64,000 nucleotides of DNA from Vicugna vicugna (taxonomy: Eukaryota). The DNA lies in contig MU060017.1 in assembly GCA_013265495.1 (NCBI GenBank), positions 496,001 through 560,000 on the forward strand, in the 5' to 3' direction. The translations under genes and the position numbers were made by a program. Shown here piece by piece: positions 26,121-38,710 of this stretch; the first letter of the stretch is position 1, and each line of letters starts with the position of its first letter. A model generated the notes under the pieces. The model was not told the DNA's origin, did no database searches, and worked only from the letters and a program-made list of their open reading frames with translations.

Positions 26121-26769
26121 CTATTTTCAGAAATTGAACTTTTGGCTATAAAAATTGAATTTCCTATCAGGGAGCGTATATCCTGACTAACTGATTGTGA
26201 ATTTCTAGCTGTATTTTCTAGTGGTACTTATATTATGCCTTGCAAATCAATTAACATTTCTCTTTGTAAACCAAACCCTCATTGGTCTAGCGTAGTATGA
26301 ATTAAACTCTCGGTGTAGAATTCTGTTTGCACCAACAAAATTGAGACTTGGGACCCGTAAATCTGAGTCTGTATCTGCAGTTCTGCTGTTTTAAAGGTCC
26401 TTTCTTGGTTCCCTCTTTGAATGACATCTTTTTTCCTGTGTCTCAAATATATCACTAATATTCCATCCTTAGTGAGTGACCTCAATAGGTAATTAATTAA
26501 AAAAGAAAAGATCAGAGAATTAGGAATAAGAGACAGGATGAGAGAGATGGCATCTAACACACAGAGGCAGATCTGGGGTGGTGGCCCTTGGAGGTACACA
26601 CCATCTGCTCACAGATTTTTAAATTCCTTCAGATTGAATTTAGGTCCTTCCCAGAAGTTCCTTTATTCTGTTGCCACAACTGGAATACTCCTCTCTGAGC
26701 TTCCAAAAAATACTCTAGGTCGCTTCAACTATCAGCACTTTTTAATAATAACATTTTAGAAGTTCTCAG

Positions 26770-26935
26770 TATATGTTGGGAATTGTAATTAGTATTTTAC
26801 ATCCTCACATCCACACTCTGAGGTGGGTGATGTTATCATCCCATTTTACACAGGAGGACACTGAGACTAAGTTATGGGTCCAGAATTTGAAGCCAGAATC
26901 TGACTCCAGACCTTGGGCCCTTAACCACTGGACTC
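26770..26935 (-). mobile_element. MIR SINE
   Basis: catcctcacatccacactctgaggtggg...atcatcccattttacacaggaggacactgagact...gaatttgaagccagaatctgactccaga. Confidence 0.75.
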
Positions 26936-27358
26936 CACTGCCTCTCCATTATGATTACTCATACTATTACAAAAATAAAAATTAAAAATGGGTTGGAACC
27001 ATCAAGATTGTCATAAGGATTGAACAAACACACTAAATGTCAAACACTTAACAGGAATCAGGATGCTGATCTTCCATCTCTCAATAAACTCCCATCTGTC
27101 TTCTTCCCTCCTAAAATGTGATAGTTTCTACCGGATAAGTTCTGAGCAGCCCAGAATATACTGATACTATTACTTAATCTGTTGTATTCTTACACTTCTA
27201 TACAGCAGATTGTGAGTGCATTTTTTTTAGCATCCCTGTTAAACTACTGTTCACATTAAATTTATAGTCATTTAAAATTGATTTTTTTTAAGATGAGCTA
27301 TTCTTAAGCAGGCTATCTCCATTTTTGCACTTGTACAGAGGTCTTTTTAGTGTATTTC

Positions 27359-27722
27359 TGTCTTATTCAGCTGTGCTGCTGTAACAAAGTACCAGAGACT
27401 AAGTGGCTTATAAACAATGGAAATTTATGGCTCACAGTTCTGGATGCTGAACATCCAAGACCAAGGTGCTTGCATGGTCAGGTTGGTGAAGTCCCTCCTC
27501 TGGATTGCAGACTGCTGACATCTACTTGATCCTCACATGGGGGAGAGTAGAGAAGGGAAGCAAGTGCTCTTGTGACTCTTATAAGGACGCTAATCCCATT
27601 AATGAGAGCTTCACCCTCATGACCTCATCGAATCCTAATTGTCCCTAACTGCCTAATATCATATTATGGGAGGAGAGAGGTTCAGCATATGAATTTGAGG
27701 GGGACACATTCAGTCCATAACA
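27359..27722 (-). mobile_element. MaLR solo LTR (MLT1A-like)
   Basis: tgtcttattcagctgtgctgctgtaacaaagtaccagagactaagtggcttataaac...ctaatcccattaatgag...gggggacacattcagtccataaca; reverse complement of the family at 50823. Confidence 0.9.
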
Positions 27723-27729
27723 ATTACTT

Positions 27730-27960
27730 TCTAGTATTTTCTCTAGACATACATTACGTGTACACATTTATATAAAAATGCATGTATACATTTTTTATTA
27801 ATAACCTCATTTTTACTTGTGCCTGTATCATAGATATTTCTCCATGTCATGAAAGATTCTTCTAAAACATAATTTGCAAAGGCTGCATAGTATTCCATTA
27901 CATGGCTGTATTTTATTTAATCCATCACCAACTGATGGACCTTTACCCTCTTTCTTAAAT
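27730..27960 (-). mobile_element. L1ME-like 3' fragment
   Basis: atatttctccatgtcatg...aaggctgcatagtattccattacatggctgta...ccatcaccaactgatggacc. Confidence 0.55.
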
Positions 27961-28299
27961 TTCTAACACACCATTTCTAATGTTGACTCTTTTGGTCACT
28001 TAGGTAAATAACTTCAAAATCTATCCAGTTCCTAAATGATGCAATCTTGTCCTGAAGCTGTTGTTCCAAGTTGCTAGCCATACATCTGCAAGATCTATTG
28101 AGGGGAGATGTCTTACTAAGCAGTATTTATGCTTCCTCTAATGCAATTTTGTAGGAAATCCTATATTAAACACCACAGAAACAAACCCCACTTAACTCTC
28201 AGGACATAGCTATGCATATGAATTTTTTGTAGCTATTGTGTATTTACATATAATTAATATCCGTAGTGTGTTTCCCCGTATACCAGTTACGTGCCTAAT

Positions 28300-28430
28300 C
28301 TCATACAACTCTCACAAGGAGCCCATTTTAACAATGAAGTAACTGAGGCTCCTTGTTTCCAAACCCTACCTGATCAGTAAGTGGCAGAGAAGAGACTCCC
28401 ATCTGGGTCTTGTGATTCCGAACTCTGTAA
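28300..28430 (-). mobile_element. MIR fragment
   Basis: ctcacaaggagcccattttaacaatgaagtaactgaggctc...agtaagtggcagaga...ccatctgggtcttgtgattcc. Confidence 0.6.
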
Positions 28431-29421
28431 TCATGTCTGTCTGGGTAAGGAATAGGTTTTGATTCATTAGCATTTCAGCAATAGGAGGCATTAGCATACC
28501 AGCAGGCTGCCCCAGGCGATGTGGGGCTTTCTCATCTCACCTCTCATTAATAAAAATTATTTTGCTGGAAGGAATTGCTGCAGGACTTGATTAGTTAAAA
28601 ACCAATAGTCTAACTCCAGCATCAAGATATACAGTAATTGATTTTGTTTGGTGAAAAGTGCAGCTGCTGGGAGGAGCTGGGGCTGGAGGAGGAGCACTAG
28701 CCCTGCCCTCCGTTACAGATGCTGAAATGTTCTCCATAATGTATTGTCATTAGAGGTGACAAAGTCCTGAACAGCTGTGAACATTACAAGTGCAACAATA
28801 AAACATGATTTTTCTCCCCTGGAAAATGCCCTTGTTACAGTGCTCAAAAATGAGTTAGAGATGATTTCTTTGTTGCCCCCATGGACCTTTAACTGGAATA
28901 TATTCAAGATTTTCTGGAGCTCGCATTCTTATAAATGTATTCCTGTCAGGTCCAGCCACATATCAGGCTCCCAGAGTGAAATATGAGAATGAAAATGGAA
29001 GCAGAGTCAGGTGCTGACACATTTGCCAGAGGAATTCAGAGTGAGGGAGACGTTCCAAGGCAGAGGGGTGAGCCCAAGATAGAGGGTCGCAGGAGGCATC
29101 CTCTGTTCCCTTCCTAGTCCTGCCGTAATTCAGAGCCTGCAAAGCTGAGCAAATGAGAGTAATGAAAGATTTGATTCCCTTACCCTGCCTTGGCGCTGTG
29201 GCCAATCCGAGACCCCAAAATTCTAATAAAAGCACATGGCGTCTGAAGATAGGAGATGGGAGATCGAAGACAGATGCCAACAGATCTGTGACCTTGATTG
29301 GCCATATTAGAAAATCTGATTGCCTTTAAGGGCCTCCAGTGGTCAGAATTCAGTGTGGTGCGAAGCCTTTCCAAGTGGGCAGAGACACCATTCCAAATCA
29401 GCCACGCTAGTTCCAGGAAAC

Positions 29422-29650
29422 CTCAACTGGAAATACTGACTTCAAAGGCCATTTTGGAAAACAGGACTCCAAAGTCAGGGAGATTTAAAAGTGACAGCTG
29501 GCGTTACACACTAACACTTGATCAGTGAAGGCAAGACTCAACTGGAAATACTGACTTCAAAGGCCATTTTGGAAAACAGGACTCCAAAGTCAGGGAGATT
29601 TAAAGTGACAGCTGGCGTTACACACTAACACTTGATCAGTGAAGGCAAGA
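29422..29650. repeat. 115/114-bp near-perfect tandem duplication of unique sequence
   Basis: ctcaactggaaatactgacttc...cttgatcagtgaaggcaaga at 29422-29536 and 29537-29650; the only difference seen is tttaaaag vs tttaaag. Confidence 0.95.
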
Positions 29651-30404
29651 GGGACTTCACCAAACCTATTTCATCTTAATATGTTTTATTCACATTTTAT
29701 CTAACTTCTCTGCCTTTAAAGTGTTCCCAGACTGAGGAATTTAGTTATTTTACTGCTACTTGATGAAATCCTCGAATTGTCACATTAGTGTCTTTGTCCT
29801 TTGATTCGGCTCTATCTGTAGCACTTCTTTTGGGGGTAGTGTGTGGCCACTGGAGGGGTGAGTGGGGGATAAGATGCCTGAGGTCTGGTCCCTGCCTTGC
29901 TCACTCAGAGTAATGACTGATTGTGCTGATATAAGGCTTGGACATTGAGGGAGCTCTGGGCGGGGCTCAGAGACAGGACCACTCATTTCATCTGTGGCTT
30001 CAAAAAAGGTACTGTAAATGGGAGCTGATCTCACAGCCCTGGAGGCAGAGAAGGAGCCTCCCCAGGGAAGTATGGGGTCAGCAGGAGCTCTGCAGGACAG
30101 CCGGCACAGGCGGCTCCTGCTCCGCTCCTGCTCCAGCTTCCAGTGGGGAGACTCAGGCAGGGGAGGGGTCGTGCAAAATAAACCCAAGAACAGAAAGAGG
30201 GACAGAGTGCATTTTTAAAAAGTAACAGCATTATTTAAATTAAATTAAGAGTATAAAGATTCTCTTGGCTAAAATATTACATTGCTGCGTTCTTTTCAAA
30301 AAAGTTGTTGGAGTGATGGAAATGAATATTAACAACAACAAAACTCATCACCAGCGGTTTGCTGTTTGGGGTTTTGGTCGCAATAGTCATTCTCCAAACC
30401 TTCA

Positions 30405-30768
30405 CAGCAGCAGTAATGATGCACTGATACACACCACCACAAGGACAAGCCTCGAAACGTGGTATTAGCGAAAGAGGCCAGTCACAAAAGACTTCAAATT
30501 CTATGATACCGTTGATATGAATTATCTAGAATAAGCAAATCTGTAGAGACAGAAAGTTGAATAGTGGTTGCCTAGAACTGGGTTGGGGCAGGAAATGATT
30601 GCTCATAGGCCTGAATTTTCTTTATGAGGTGAAAAAAAATTTCTAAAATGAGATTAGGATGATTAGATTAGATTGCATGCTGTAAATACACTAAAAACGG
30701 CTTCATTGAACACTTTCAGTGGATGGAGTTTATGCTCTATGATTTATATTTCAATAAAACTGTTCAAA
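30405..30768 (+). mobile_element. Old L1 (L1MB/MC-like) 3' end
   Basis: gcctcgaaacg...gaaagaggccagtcacaaaagac...ctagaataagcaaatctgtagagacagaaagttgaatagtggttgcctag...atttcaataaaactgtt. Confidence 0.8.
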
Positions 30769-31004
30769 GAAATCTTCCTTCATATGCTTGTTAAGCAAGT
30801 TTCCCTTTTAGATTTAGACACAAACTAGGAAGGGGAAGGTCACCTGCTTGAGTTGAGCCTGACTCGGCATTGCAATGTGTCCTCGGTGCCAGTAGGTGAC
30901 GTTTCTTAAACCACATCACTGGCCTCAGGTCCCTGCAGAGTTTCTGGGCTCCCTGAACAGCCCACAGCTGTTGCAGTGGAAGGAGAACTGGCCCCGAGGA
31001 GAGG

Positions 31005-31115
31005 GATCTGGGTCCTGACCCAGCTCAGCCACTGCCTAGTTGTGGGGCTCGAGGCAAATCACCAGATTCCCTGAGCCATGGATTCTTCTCCAGCAAATGG
31101 GAATTTGGATTATAA
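31005..31115 (+). mobile_element. MIR fragment
   Basis: atctgggtcctgacccagctcagccactgcctagttgtgggg...ggcaaatcacc...ctgagccatggattcttctccagcaaatggga. Confidence 0.5.
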
Positions 31116-32126
31116 GGAAGCGACGAGGGGAGGACTGTGCAGGACACCAGCCAGCTGGTGGCCAGGAGCCTTCAGAAGATAACAGTGATGAGTCTATCAC
31201 AACTGAGGGCCTGGTCCTTGGCTTACCAGGCCCTGAAGCTTGGTTTTGGCCACCACTCTGGGAGCTGACCTTCCCTCAGAGGCCAACTCTAAGCATGCTC
31301 TCTGGACTTTGATGTATACACCTGGTTGCCAAGTTATAAATTTATAGCAAGAAATTTCTATTTCTCCTATTTCTTCCTGAATCATAATAAGAATAGCACT
31401 GAATCATAACAGGAAAAGATTCTGGGCCCTGGTAAAGCAGTGGGTTCATTTTCTGATAATAACTTATCTCCCTCAAAGACTTGCTGGATTATGCGTTTGA
31501 GTCAGAATATCCTCTTGCCCAGAGAGGATGAATACTTTCTGTCTGACATAAGGATTTTTTTCACCAAGCTCACCAGTAACAGCACTACCAGAAGAGCAAA
31601 ATCTTAGTATATTAAGTTCTTTATACTGTCTATTAGATTATAACCAACTTTTTGCCCTTTTCATTTCTGACCCAGGAAATATTTTATCTCCAAGGTTCCT
31701 TTTTGCATAATCTGGTCTTATTCCTTGTATGTAAATTATGTAGTTTACCTTTAAGAATTTGGAGAGATGTTAGCTGTCAGCATATCTGCTTACAGCAGAT
31801 AATCATATAGTGTCATATATAATATGTATATATGTACATGTTATATGTATGCATAATATACATATTATATACATGCATATGTTTAATCATAGGCAAGCAG
31901 GTAATATATCACTATATAGTCAATAAGAGCATGCTGATTGATGATTATGAAAATGAAATAAGATCATGTGTGCTAACAATGCATTGAAAACCATAAAGCA
32001 TTCTCCCCATGAAAGGTGTTACTGACCAGCCCTAGAACTAGATCAGATTTAGGACTGTCACCATACACAATTTAAATATTCAGGAGCTATGGGACTTGGG
32101 GCTAAGGACCAGATCGTTGTCCAAAG

Positions 32127-32478
32127 CAGATGTCTCAAACTATATGCCCCTGGGATAGCTCAGGCCCACAGTGTTTTTAATAAGGCCCACAGAGTGATCT
32201 TAGATTTTTGATTGATCGCCAACATTTAAAAAATAGAAGAGATTTTTTTTAAAAAGTAAGAGGACATATTTTCCACTTCTATTGAAAAAAAAAAAACTAG
32301 ACTATCTGGCAAGACTGGGATTATATTCTTACATGACAGGGGTGGCAACATGTTTAGAAAAAGTGTGAGCTCTCCGGAGTGCCCCAGACCTCGCTATTCC
32401 CTCTTGTCTTACTCCTGTCTGCTCTACTCATTTATGTTACCAGAGTGGCATTTGTAGGCATTTGAGTTGCAACCCCTG
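32127..32478 (-). mobile_element. hAT-Tip100 non-autonomous element (MER45B-like)
   Basis: ggcccacagtgttttt...gccaacatttaaaaa...tctggcaagactggg...ctcatttatgttacc...gtaggcatttgagttgcaacccctg. Confidence 0.7.
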
Positions 32479-33764
32479 TATGTGGAATAACTTTGGGGGT
32501 TTTGGAAATATTGCTTGTTTCAAAAACCTTTTCTATAAGGTTTATATTCCATAATTAGATAAAACTTGTCCCCCAGGTAGCAGTACATTATTCACATCGA
32601 GTTATACAATTGTTAATTTGGGACCCTTCCTGGGTAGAAGTTTTTGTTGAGATGGGAGAGAGGCTGTTGTGCCAGGATCCTGGAAGGCAGGCCAGTTGAA
32701 GGACTCCCAGAGAGAAAAGGAACAAGGGAAGCAAGAAGGTAGACAGACGATGCTAAAAGTAAAACTGCATCTATTTGATAATTTTGTTCATCTCTTTAAA
32801 GACAGACCCAGTCTCCATGAAGTCTTGAAGACCGAGTCCTAATCCACAGTCCCTAGGTGCTCTACCAACAAGAATGTGTTGTTGGTTTTGAGCAAGCACT
32901 AGGGAACCATGGCAACAGCTACAGAGTGAGTCCAGAGTGAGGATGTACCCACATGCCAGGCTCCATAGAGGGTGGGTCTAAGGAAAGGGAAGCTGTGTAA
33001 CTCAATGATTATATGGACCAAAATGGCTTGCATGAAACCATGATTATGTTTATTTCCATGATGTTGAGTTGATGAAGGTTTATCAGCCATGATACATTCT
33101 GTGAAACATGCAAGGAATTTGCAAGACCTCACCGGGAAATGAGCCAGTTCTATTTTGTCTTTTGTCATTTTGCTGGAGATGCATAAGTGTACACACAGGT
33201 CGTCCATAATGAGCAGTGCCTTGGTAGTAAAACCAGCTGCCATAATGAATAGCCTTGCCATGGCCCGTGATGTTTGAAGCAGGTGAGATATGAGAAAGGG
33301 GGCTAATAGGAGCTTTGGCCGGCAGGTCATCTGCCGAAGGGAAATGAAGAGCTGCAGTAGTTACCTCAGTAATTCTGGAAAAACAGAAATGCTCTCAATT
33401 TTCTCCCTAATTGTGTCAGTTATCTATGTCATTTTGAATGTAGGCAGCTCACCTACTCAAACACTGTAAACCCACCTATTGCTGACAGATCTAAGGAAGA
33501 AAGGAGGCCACGTAACTCCCTAGATGACATGTAAATGCCATTTGTCATATTTTTATTATTATTTTCAAAAGGAAAAAATTATTAGTCTGTCCCTTTAGAA
33601 GTTAGTATGAATGTTTTGCCTAATCTAGTAATCGTAAAAGAGAAAACTAAGGATTTTTTCATAAACATAACAAAATTTATTTAAATGCCTGAGTAGGGTC
33701 TAAGTGCCCAGAACCTAATTTTTCTGAAGGAATCATATTTATATACACAGAGAAGAAATAGCAT

Positions 33765-34010
33765 GAATAGTTTAAGAATGGAGAATGAGGAGGCAGACAA
33801 TCGGAGTTCAAATCATAGCTTTACCAAATATTGGCCACAAACTTTGAGCAAGTCACTTAACATCTCTGTACTTCAGCTTCTTCATCTGTAAAATGGAATA
33901 ATGAGAATAGAAGCATTAGAGAGATGTTATGAAGATTAAATGGGTTCATATACATAAAGAACTTAGAATGATGCCTTGCCCATAGTCTGTACTCAATAAA
34001 TATCAGCTAA
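33765..34010 (+). mobile_element. MIR SINE
   Basis: gagttcaaatcatagctttaccaa...ctttgagcaagtcacttaacatctctgtacttcagcttcttcatctgtaaaatgg...gaagattaaatggg...actcaataaatatcagct. Confidence 0.85.
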
Positions 34011-34275
34011 TTTGCAGTTTATACATCTCTGCACACTGATGTGTTCACATTGAAGCATGGTAGTTCATTGAAGCACTAAGTTATTCAAAGCACATTCATC
34101 TCAATTATGAATAAGTGGAAAGAAATTTTTGTACAAATAAGAGACTTCACTGAGCATCATTCTTGAAGAACACAAAAATGACTGATGTGGTTAAATGAGA
34201 GCTTCAGCTATCTTCTCCTTTGCTTAAGTTCATTCTGCTTTCATTTATTGTAATGTGTTAAGAGACAATATGCTC

Positions 34276-34935
34276 GAAAAGATGCTCAACATCACTAATT
34301 ATTACAGAAATGCAAATCAAAACTGCAGTGAGATATCACATCACACCAGTCAGAATGGCCATCATTAAAGAGTCTACAAATGAGAAATGCTGGAGAGGGT
34401 GTGGTGAAAAAGGAACCCTTCTACACTGTTGGTGGGAATGTAAATTGGTACAATCACTATGGAAGACAGTATGGACATTCCTTAAAAACTAAAAATAGAC
34501 TTACCTTATGATCCGGCAATCCCACTCCTGAGCATATACCTGGAGAAAAATATAATTAAAAAAGACACATACACCCCAATGTTCATNNNNNNNNNNNNNN
34601 NNNNNNNNNNNNNNNNNNNNNNNNNNNNNNNNNNNNNNNNNNNNNNNNNNNNNNNNNNNNNNNNNNNNNNNNNNNNNNNNNNNNNNNNNNNNNNNNNNNN
34701 NNNNNNNNNNNNNNNNNNNNNNNNNNNNNNNNNNNNNNNNNNNNNNNNNNNNNNNNNNNNGGAAGTAAGCCAGAAAGAGAAAGAAAAATGCTATATGCTA
34801 TTGCTTATATGTGGAATCTTAAAAAATGGACACAAATGAACTTATCTACAAAACAGAAACAGACTTACAGACATAGAGAACAAACTTATGGTTACCAGAG
34901 GATAAAGTGGGTGGGAAAGGATAAGTTGAGAATTC
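34276..34935 (+). mobile_element. Artiodactyl-type L1, ORF2 C-terminus plus 3' UTR, spanning a gap
   Basis: ORF 34310-34492 ([20 protein letters not shown]...[25 protein letters not shown]) is the conserved L1 ORF2p cysteine-rich C-terminal region; the 3' UTR continues after the N gap. Confidence 0.95.
34587..34760. other. Assembly gap (174 N) inside the L1
   Basis: Run of N. Confidence 1.
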
Positions 34936-35106
34936 AAAAATTGCACGTCTTGGGGAGTGATAGAAATGTTAGCTATCGTGATTGTCGTGGTGGTTTCACT
35001 GGTATATACAGCTATCAAAATTCATCAAATTATACATTTGAAATACGTGTAATTTACTGTACAGGAACCATACCACAATAAAGCTGTTTAACACACACAC
35101 ACACAC
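34936..35106 (+). mobile_element. Older L1MB-type 3' terminus followed by (CA)n
   Basis: ttggggagtgatagaaatgttagctatcgtgattgtcgtggtggtttcactggtatatac...caaaattcatcaaattatacatttg...caataaagctgtt, then acacacacacacacac. Confidence 0.75.
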
Positions 35107-35847
35107 AAAAGAGACTATATTCTCTTTCTAAAGTAGTATTTCCTATGCTGAATAAATAAATTCTTTGTAGATCATTTTTATAGTCTGATGCAACAGTTTC
35201 TATTACACCCAGAATAGGGAGAAATCTGCCAAGTTTCTGGGACTTAAAGTATGAGGATTTGTGTCTACATTAGAAAAAGTGGGAAAGAATCAGAAACTTC
35301 CCAATAGGGAGGCTTTGCTCTGCTTGTCCATTTATTTAGCATTTATTCTATAAGCAGCATTAAGAGGCATTGCTAAGACTTCCTGCTGTGCCTTTAAGGG
35401 TAGAATATTAATAACCAACCCTTTATAGTCATTTATTCATGCTGATTTCCTTATACTTCATTAGGAATTCTCTACCGATATTTCTGACCCATTTCTTCAG
35501 TTCCCATCAGGCAGGTCTACTTCTGAGTTAAAGATTCTAATTCTCTCAGCCCTACAATTTACTTGATATTTTTATAAACAAAATGGACCTGTATCATCTT
35601 TCGTGATTGGCTCAGATATTGTTTTGAGTTCAAAAATCAAGAGTCTCCTCTTGTGGCGTAAGACCTGAATATTTTCTGGTATTACATTGCTTTCGTAACA
35701 ATGACTTTCCAATTTAAGCCTTGAATAGTGTAGCAATCAAGAGAAAAATCAATCATTCTCCAACATCTCTGAGATGGCCCTAAACACTCTATCAGAGTTA
35801 ACTATGTTCATGTGATATTTGTTACATTTGTTGCATTTAAAAATATT

Positions 35848-36266
35848 CATTTATTTATTGTTTTATTGACGTATAGTTGATTTACAATGTTGTGTTAGTT
35901 TCTGGTGTACAGCATAGTGATTCAGTCGTATACATACATATATACATATTCTTTTTCATTATAGATTTTTACAAGATATTGAATATAGTTCTTTGTGCTA
36001 TTCAGTAGGACCTTGTTGTTTTTCTATTTTATATATAGTAGTTTGTATCTGCTAAATTCCTAATTTATCTCGCCACCCACTTTTCCCCTTTGGTACCATA
36101 AGTTTGTTTTCTATGTCTGTGAGTCTGTTTCTGTTTTGTAAATAAGTTCATTTGTCTCATTTTTTTAAGATTCCCCATGGAAAGGATAATGTGATATTTG
36201 TCTTTATCTGACTTACTTCACTTAGTATGATCATCTCTAGGTCCATCCATGTTGCTGCAAATAGCA
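35848..36266 (-). mobile_element. Artiodactyl-type L1 3' end (5'-truncated)
   Basis: ttttattgacgtatagttgatttacaatgttgtgttagtttctggtgtacagcatagtgattcag...ctatgtctgtgagtctgtttctgttttgtaaataagttcatttg...gtccatccatgttgctgcaaatagca. Confidence 0.95.
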
Positions 36267-36699
36267 GCATTTAAAAATACTTAAATATCAAAGCAATATT
36301 ATAAAACTGAACTAAGGTTGAAACTGTCCATAAGGTGTAATGCGAGTGAACACACATGGAGGAAGTTTGGGCCTTGATTTACATTTGAAAATTTTTTATT
36401 CTACACCCTTATCTTAGAGAGTCAGGGAGCTCATTTGCATATCCTTGTGTGCTGAAAAGCACCCAGTCATGAAATACATTTAACCTTATTTAACCTAATA
36501 TTTCTATAACTTATTTTTTAACCATGGGAGTCTTGTTTTTCTCGGAACCCACATTAACCTGTCTCCAAACAAATGATCGCCAAACACTTTGGGAAAATGG
36601 AACTAAAGAGTTGGCTGCTTCCTTGTAGCTATCACCTATGATTAATGCTAATAAAGATTTAATTCTCTTAATATGATTCTAATTGTGGGAAACATTCTG

Positions 36700-36970
36700 T
36701 GATTTTGCATTTCTTACTCACCATCCCTCTTTCGTCCACTAAATTTCTAACCATTCTTCAAAGGGTAGCTTAAGTATTATCTTTTTCTTGAAACTTTTTC
36801 TGATCCTCTCCTGTGTGCCTTTATAAGAAATTTTGCACAGCCTTCCTCTCACATCCTGATTTATGTCATAATTAGTTGTATACCTGTGTGTTTTTGGAAA
36901 TCAGAATACGAAACTCCTTTTTAAACTCCCCATAAACTTACTTTAAGATAGAAGCTTAATAAATATTTTT
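36700..36970 (+). mobile_element. L2 fragment
   Basis: ccattcttcaaagggtagcttaag...ttttctgatcctctc...gcttaataaatatttttgg. Confidence 0.5.
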
Positions 36971-37759
36971 GGTTAGATTGTGAATCATTGGTTTTATAAG
37001 CTTTCCAAAGATTTATTTGCCAGAAATGATTTTTTAAAGCCAGACCTTATTTGCCATCCATAATATCCAAAGATAAGCGATGTTAATTATTTCCTCCATG
37101 AGGTCAAGCCTTTAAGAGGGGTGGCAAATCTTTGGGCATACAATTATAGTGGAGTCACTGTTCCATGGCTAATTACTTATTAGCCATTTTATTGCTAATT
37201 TGATTAATAACATTAATATAAACCTTTATGTTGATTTTGTGAAATGCATTACAAGGTAGGTCAGTATCTTAGCCCACATTATCTTGATGGGGAAAGAAAA
37301 CATAAAAAGTTGATCTGATTGATTACCTCAAGGTTATACTTTATGATTATGATTGAACAAAATAAAAGCTCATCCTCGTCCACTTCTAACACACTAAACT
37401 GATCTTCTGGCTCTAATTGAGGACTAAAAACGCATATTTTTGCTAAATATGCACCTTATTTAGTGTAGATTCAGAAAGTATGCACAGCCAACAGCATCTT
37501 TTAGCAATAGTCATTTCAAGATGGTGGACTGACCCACAAATGGAATTTATTTAATGTCATACATGTGTAGGAAGTGCTGGAAAGCTTAAGCAGATACCTC
37601 TTTAAATGTTGGATTTATGTTTTATAAAAGTTCTAAGATCACTTAGTGTGCTGATAAGCATTGTGAATTTTCAGGATGGCACTATTGTATGGAGTGTCTC
37701 CAGATTTCTTTGTCTGTGAAGCACACAGTATGAAATATTACTGTACATTTTCCACACTG

Positions 37760-38235
37760 TGTATTATCGCTGTACTCCCAGGAGAAGTCTTGGAACCAGC
37801 TTCCACCAGCTGCCACATACCTGTGGTTCTTCTTGTGGCAGTAACTGCTAGACATTTACCAAGCTTGGTCCCTCCCTTCTTCAGTGGTAGCTGGTTATAT
37901 GGCTGCCCAACTACAGCTGTGGTCACAGCACCCGTTTTCTCTACTGGGATTGTGTATGGAAGTGATGTGCAAAATGTATAGGCTTGGCCCAAAGTGCATC
38001 CTAGAGGTGCCTCTCCATGTTCTTCCCACTTCTTATGGCTGGCATAGCAGTTCCCAGAGACATGTTGGAGGCTGCATGTTCAAGATGGCAGAGCTAGTGC
38101 CCAGCTGGAGTCTCTGAAAAACTGAGGGGAGCAGAACCCATGAAACACCCTCAGTGGACTGTTAGGTGAGAAAGAAAAGCATTCTGTCATGTTTGAGCCA
38201 TTGCAACTTGAGTCTATTTGTTACCACAATTTATT
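37760..38235 (+). mobile_element. Ancient ERVL/MaLR LTR (LTR33/MLT1J-like)
   Basis: ggctgcccaactacagc...gggattgtgtatggaagtgatgtgc...gcatgttcaagatggcagagc...gtgagaaagaaaagcattctgtcatgtttgagccattg...ttgttaccac. Confidence 0.55.
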
Positions 38236-38544
38236 CAGTCTGTTATGTTTATAGTCCTGATCTGTCTTCCCCAAGTCCGATTCCTTTGCCACGGAAGTCT
38301 GTGACTCACCTCATACCTGGTTGCCTGGACTGATCTTCCTGTCCCACCATCATCTTGCCAGCCCCCATAAGCTAAGCTAAGGAGCTCGATACTCTAAGTG
38401 GTTTTTCTTTCTTCTGGTCACCATCTCTTTCTCCCATCAGATACTCTGCGTTTGGAAGAAATTCTTCCATTTTAACCAGTCTTTTACATCAACCTATATG
38501 TACCTATTCTCCACTGGCACATAACTCAAAGCTGATACAATGGC

Positions 38545-38710
38545 TTTAAAATAGATTTATTTTATCACATTTTGAATGTAACGTGTTCATTTTAGAAATT
38601 TTTAAAAATACGGGGAATCGAAAATGAGAAAACTAAATCTCCCCTAAAGTCACTACCCACCATAGATAACTATTGTTCATATTTTAGTCTATAACTTACT
38701 GGTTATATAT
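38545..38710 (-). mobile_element. L1ME-like extreme 3' fragment
   Basis: acgtgttcattttagaaatttttaaaaatac...gtcactacccacatagataactattgttcatattttag. Confidence 0.5.

Noticed and set aside
29422-29650. CRISPR-like or other repeat-spacer array
   Set aside because: Just two abutting ~115-bp copies with no spacers, in mammalian DNA with no cas-like ORFs.
34310-34492. ORF with clear protein homology ([20 protein letters not shown]...[14 protein letters not shown])
   Set aside because: It is the C-terminal remnant of L1 ORF2p within a truncated L1, not a host gene.
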